From contig JASFTK010000003.1 of the NCBI GenBank assembly GCA_050053595.1, positions 1 to 40,802 of the forward strand: 40,802 bases of DNA, read 5' to 3'. Made by a program: the position numbers and the translations under genes. Origin of the DNA: Candidatus Bathyarchaeota archaeon (GTDB lineage Archaea > Thermoproteota > Bathyarchaeia > TCS64). Below the pieces are notes generated by a model. The model saw nothing but the letters and a program-made list of their open reading frames with translations, did no database searches and was not told the origin of the DNA. Below are positions 36,859 to 40,802 of the stretch, one piece after another. The stretch's first letter is position 1, and the number at the start of each line of letters is the position of its first letter.

Positions 36859-38094
36859 TTATACCCCATACACTTGGACTGAGACTGTCGCCCCTGAGGC
36901 TCCCACGTTATGCGCTAAACCGTAGGTCACCCCGTCTACCTGGTGCTTCCCAGCCTCCCCCCTCAGCTGTTTGAACATCTCGTAGGCCATCGCTGCGCCT
37001 GTTGCTCCTACAGGATGCCCCTTCGCCTTAAGCCCCCCATCGGGGTTCACCGCGACCTCGCCATCCAGGGACGTTCTCCCATCGACCACCGCAGATCCCC
37101 CTTCACCTTTCTGGAAGAACCCTAGGTCCTCCGTCGCCAAGAGCTCAGCTATCGTGAAGCAGTCATGGACATCGGCGACATCGATATCCCGCGCTCCCAC
37201 GCCGGCAATCTGGTAGGCCTGCTCGGCTGCCAGTCGAGTGGCGGTCAGGGATGTGAGATCTTCTCTGTCGTGGAGTGCCATGGTGTCAGAGGCCTGCCCT
37301 ATCCCCCGGATAAATACAGGGGTGTCGGTGTAATCCTTCGCCACATCCTCTGATGCCAGGATTATCGCAGCCGCTCCGTCTGAGATTGGGCAACAGTCGA
37401 AGAGGCGTAAGGGGTACGCTATCACGGGGTTCAATGGTGATTTCAGGAACTCCATTTCATCCCCGAAGCTCATGCCTTTCCGCTCCCCCAGTCTCCCAGC
37501 TGTGTCGATGATGGTGGACTGGAAATGAGCCTTAGGGTTCAGCGCCCCGTTCTCATGGTTCTTGATAGTGACAGCCGCCAGTTGCTCCCAACTCGAAACG
37601 TACTTATCGAAATATGCGCTAGCGATTGTGGCATAGAGCCCAGGGAAGGTGAATCCGACCCCCACTTCATAGAAAGCGTCTGCGGCCATAGCCAGGGTGT
37701 CAGTGACCTCGCCGGTGCTCAAGCCCCGCATCTTCTCCACTCCCCCCACAACAACCATATCGTAAGCCCCTGAAGCGATGGCCATGGCTGCGATGTTAAC
37801 TGCCACCCCTGAACTGGCACAGGCATCCTCAATCCTGGTAGAAGACCTCGGCGTCAAACCAAGCCAGTCAGCCATCAGAGCCGCCGTATGGCCCTGTCTC
37901 TCGAAGGAATCACTTGAGAAGTTACCCACGAAAATCGCTTCTGCATCTCGTAGATCTACGCCGTTGTCGACTGAATCTCGTGCTTCTATGGAGGCTTCGA
38001 CAAAAAGTTCCCTGCTGGTCTTGTCTGCATGAATCTTATGGTGGAACCTGGTCATCCCGCCGCCGATTATGGCGACTTCCCTGGACAACCTCAT
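36859..38094 (-). CDS. Thiolase (archaeal / SCP2-type acetyl-CoA acetyltransferase)
   Basis: EDACASS, GVEKM, NP.AH, DGAAA, HDCF, GHPVGATG, HNVG. ATG 38094 preferred over 38184. Confidence 0.93.
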   Translation of the reverse strand: MRLSREVAIIGGGMTRFHHKIHADKTSRELFVEASIEARDSVDNGVDLRDAEAIFVGNFSSDSFERQGHTAALMADWLGLTPRSSTRIEDACASSGVAVNIAAMAIASGAYDMVVVGGVEKMRGLSTGEVTDTLAMAADAFYEVGVGFTFPGLYATIASAYFDKYVSSWEQLAAVTIKNHENGALNPKAHFQSTIIDTAGRLGERKGMSFGDEMEFLKSPLNPVIAYPLRLFDCCPISDGAAAIILASEDVAKDYTDTPVFIRGIGQASDTMALHDREDLTSLTATRLAAEQAYQIAGVGARDIDVADVHDCFTIAELLATEDLGFFQKGEGGSAVVDGRTSLDGEVAVNPDGGLKAKGHPVGATGAAMAYEMFKQLRGEAGKHQVDGVTYGLAHNVGASGATVSVQVYGV

Positions 38095-38228
38095 TTGATT
38101 TCCTCTCATCTTCTCAGAGGTGGCGGAATTAAAACTTGTGCCGAATCCATCATCGACAAAAGTCGAAGTAAGGAGGGGGACCATCAGCTTAGGAAAAGCT
38201 TAAACCAATAGAATCTATTCCAAATGAA

Positions 38229-38462
38229 GTGAAGATGAATCTAGCATTCGTGTTAATCAACACCGATATGGGGGCGGATGCCGAGGTGGCAGACGCACTG
38301 AGGGAGGTTGAGGAAGTCAAGGAGGTTTATGGGGTTTACGGAGTCTACGATATTGTAGTTAGGATAGAGGCCGAGACCCTCCAACAGCTGAAGGACGCCA
38401 TAAGCAACAAGATCAGGACCCTCGAGAACGTGAGATCAACCCTAACGATGATAGTCGTCTAG
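38229..38462 (+). CDS. Stand-alone Lrp/AsnC ligand-binding (RAM) domain protein
   Basis: AFVLIN..G...VYGVYDIVVRI...STLTMI. Confidence 0.9.
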   Translation: MKMNLAFVLINTDMGADAEVADALREVEEVKEVYGVYGVYDIVVRIEAETLQQLKDAISNKIRTLENVRSTLTMIVV

Positions 38463-38552
38463 AAACTCATATCCATTTTTCCTCCATTCAAACAGCGAAT
38501 ATCTCCCATAGCAAATCTAGTTAAATACATGATACCCGACAGATGTGAGAAT

Positions 38553-39098
38553 ATGACGGGGGAACAGAAAGGATTCACAGCCTGGTTCACAGGCCTCCCC
38601 TGCTCCGGTAAAACGACAGTAGCGGATACAGTTGCTGAGATACTCAGAGAGCGGGGTTACAGAGTGGAGAGGCTCGACGGAGACATCGTGAGAAAGGGGT
38701 TGACCCAAGACCTAGGGTTCTCCAAGGAAGACCGGGACGAGAACATCAAACGGGTGACTTTTGTGGCGAAACTACTGACAAGGAACGGTGTGGGGGTCCT
38801 GGCCACCTTTGTCTCTCCCTACAGGGAGAGGCGGGCTAAAACCCGGGAGGAGATCGGGGATTTCATCGAGATCTACACCCGTTGCCCCTTAGAGGTCTGC
38901 ATCGAGAGGGATCCCAAAGGCATGTACAAGAAGGCGCTGGCGGGGGATATAGAGAACTTCACCGGTATCGACGACCCTTATGAAGAGCCTGAGAATCCCG
39001 AGCTAGTTCTCGATACAGATAAAGAGACCATAGATGAGAGTGTCGAGAAAGTCCTCAATAAACTCGTCGAACTGGGTTATCTAAATACGAAGGCCTAG
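38553..39098 (+). CDS. cysC: Adenylyl-sulfate kinase
   Basis: WFTGLPCSGKTT, LDGDIVR, LGFS..DR..N, RDPKGMY, FTGIDDPYE.P. Start 38553 or 38529. Confidence 0.95.
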   Translation: MTGEQKGFTAWFTGLPCSGKTTVADTVAEILRERGYRVERLDGDIVRKGLTQDLGFSKEDRDENIKRVTFVAKLLTRNGVGVLATFVSPYRERRAKTREEIGDFIEIYTRCPLEVCIERDPKGMYKKALAGDIENFTGIDDPYEEPENPELVLDTDKETIDESVEKVLNKLVELGYLNTKA

Positions 39099-39754
39099 TA
39101 ACGCAATAAATCGTGGATCACGTGGAGGACTTGCGTAAGATGCCTAGTCTTGATCCTCCTTTCACTCTCTGAACGCTCACGTACATTGATGGAGACCTCC
39201 GCGACCCTGGCTCCCAGTGAGTGCGCCTCGAGGATAAAAGTCCCACACGGACATGATCCATGGACCCCCATTTTTTCTCCAAAGTTCCTCCTGATAGCCC
39301 TGAACCCGGTGCTTGCGTCCCCAACCTTCACTTTCAGGCTTGTAAGGAGGGCGATGACCTTCTCACTGAAGTAGGGGATCTCAGGCCTCTTCCCCAGGAC
39401 GAGGTCTGCCTCGTCCGTCAGGATAGGCGCCACTAGAGCGGGTATATCGTCAGGGTCATGTTGCCCGTCTGCGTCGAGGGTGACCCATATATCTCCGGTA
39501 GCCGCTTGGAACCCCCGCTTCAAGGAGGGGAGTACGCCCAGGTTCATCTCATTGATCAGCACCTTGGCGCCATGGGTCTCAGCTATGGTGGGAGTCCCAT
39601 CTGTGCTACCGTCGTCGATGACTATGACCTCGTCGACATGGAGGAGGGATCTGGCGACAACCTCCCCTATGGTCCCCTTCTCGTTCAGGGCTGAGATGAC
39701 CGCTGAGATCTTAGGCCGGATCCCAGAGTCGTAGATGCCATTGACCGGTGACAT
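39095..39754 (-). CDS. Glycosyltransferase family 2 (DPM1-like)
   Basis: ALNE, DDGSTD, DADGQH, D..TGFRA. Confidence 0.92.
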   Translation of the reverse strand: MSPVNGIYDSGIRPKISAVISALNEKGTIGEVVARSLLHVDEVIVIDDGSTDGTPTIAETHGAKVLINEMNLGVLPSLKRGFQAATGDIWVTLDADGQHDPDDIPALVAPILTDEADLVLGKRPEIPYFSEKVIALLTSLKVKVGDASTGFRAIRRNFGEKMGVHGSCPCGTFILEAHSLGARVAEVSINVRERSESERRIKTRHLTQVLHVIHDLLRY

Positions 39755-40699
39755 TTACCCCCCTTCTCTGAGCTCGTAGTTGATGATCTGCTCGATGCCC
39801 TGGACTACACTCCACTCTGGTCTGTAGCCCAAGCCTTCCTTGATCTTGTTTAGGTCGTAGCTGAACTCCTTGGTCTCACCTGGTCTGGGGGGGAGGTTTA
39901 CCACACCCACGGTCTTCCCCGTCTGTCTCTTGAGGGTTTCAACCACATGGAGGGCGAGGCGCCCGATCAACATCGTCTCTCCGCCCACATTGAAGACTAT
40001 ACCGCCTATACCTCCGGAACAGAGGGCCAGGGTCAGGGCCTGGGTTATATCCTCTACGTGGACAAAGTCCCTGCTACTGGTCCCGTCCCCGTATACAGTC
40101 AGGTCCTGGCTTTCGAGGCCCATCCTGACGAATTTCGGTATCACGGTGTCGTAGTTGGTGTACAGGCCTACGCCAAAGACGTTCCCGAACCTGAGGGTGA
40201 CGGTCTCGATGTCTTGGTTATCGTGATAGACTTCCATCAGTTTCTCCCCCGTCAGCTTGGTGACCCCGTAGAGGTTCAAGGGTCTGAGGGGGTGGTCCTC
40301 CATTACTGGCAGCTCCCTCGGTGTCCCGTACACCGCTGCGCTGGAACAGAACACCACCTTCCCGATATCCAACCTCCTGGCGGCCTCCAGCACGTTGTAG
40401 GTGCCGTACACGTTTATAGACGTGGCATCCTCTGGCTTCTCCCTGCAGTTCACCAATCCCGGGAGGGAAGCCAGGTGGGCGATTGAGTCGCAATTCTGGA
40501 AGGCCTCCATGAGGAAAGGGAGGTCTCTGATATCGCCCTCCAAGAGCTCGGCTTCGCCATCGGGCCCGTGAGCCCTGAGATGCCGGTAGTCCCCCTTCAT
40601 CAGATTATCTACAGATACGACCTCATGACCGCCCTCGACCAGTCTCTTCACTAGTAAAGACCCGATATACCCCGCGCCCCCCGTGACCCCGACCCTCAC
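39755..40699 (-). CDS. NAD-dependent nucleotide-sugar epimerase/dehydratase
   Basis: TGGAGYIG, HLA, SSAAVYG, YGVTK, R.GNVFG, GDG...RDFVHV.D. Confidence 0.94.
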   Translation of the reverse strand: MRVGVTGGAGYIGSLLVKRLVEGGHEVVSVDNLMKGDYRHLRAHGPDGEAELLEGDIRDLPFLMEAFQNCDSIAHLASLPGLVNCREKPEDATSINVYGTYNVLEAARRLDIGKVVFCSSAAVYGTPRELPVMEDHPLRPLNLYGVTKLTGEKLMEVYHDNQDIETVTLRFGNVFGVGLYTNYDTVIPKFVRMGLESQDLTVYGDGTSSRDFVHVEDITQALTLALCSGGIGGIVFNVGGETMLIGRLALHVVETLKRQTGKTVGVVNLPPRPGETKEFSYDLNKIKEGLGYRPEWSVVQGIEQIINYELREGG

Positions 40700-40802
40700 A
40701 TCCGACCTCTCCAGATTGCGAATGAATGATAGGGGCTCTCGTTATTTATGTTACCTTTTAACGATTGAAGGAAGGGGTCCCCGTCTCTGCCTATCCCTCC
40801 CC

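Noticed and set aside
1-40802. CRISPR arrays, IS elements, inteins, Sec/Pyl readthrough
   Set aside because: By eye I found no regularly spaced repeats, transposase motifs, oversized conserved proteins or conserved genes split by in-frame stops.

Overview
Archaeal chromosomal segment. The crenarchaeal-type single-OB SSB, Alba, archaeal EF-2, TBP, thermosome and exosome/proteasome superoperon point to the TACK group; Bathyarchaeia is my best guess, which is inference only. Most of the window is housekeeping: thermosome (partial), EF-2, SSB/Alba, an ECF transporter core, psmA-SBDS-rrp4-rrp41-rrp42-rpl37ae-pcc1-pfdB, tRNA-Asp(GTC), a leuACDB operon, scattered acyl-CoA oxidation genes (ACAD, ETF, 3-hydroxyacyl-CoA dehydrogenase, thiolase/DUF35), a sirtuin, and cysC/GT2/epimerase. 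I saw no CRISPR array, transposase, integrase or intein. The most interesting observations are: (1) a TBP with a eukaryote-like first stirrup (RNAEYNPKKF) and an altered TFB-binding stirrup (YEPSQF), preceded by an unannotated 55-aa Zn-ribbon ORF and a structured intergenic region, and followed by a small wHTH gene; (2) a 31-residue Lys/Ser N-terminal extension on Rrp41; (3) two paralogous BlaI-like wHTH genes in AT-rich patches that share upstream motifs; (4) three small ORFs missed by the ORF track.
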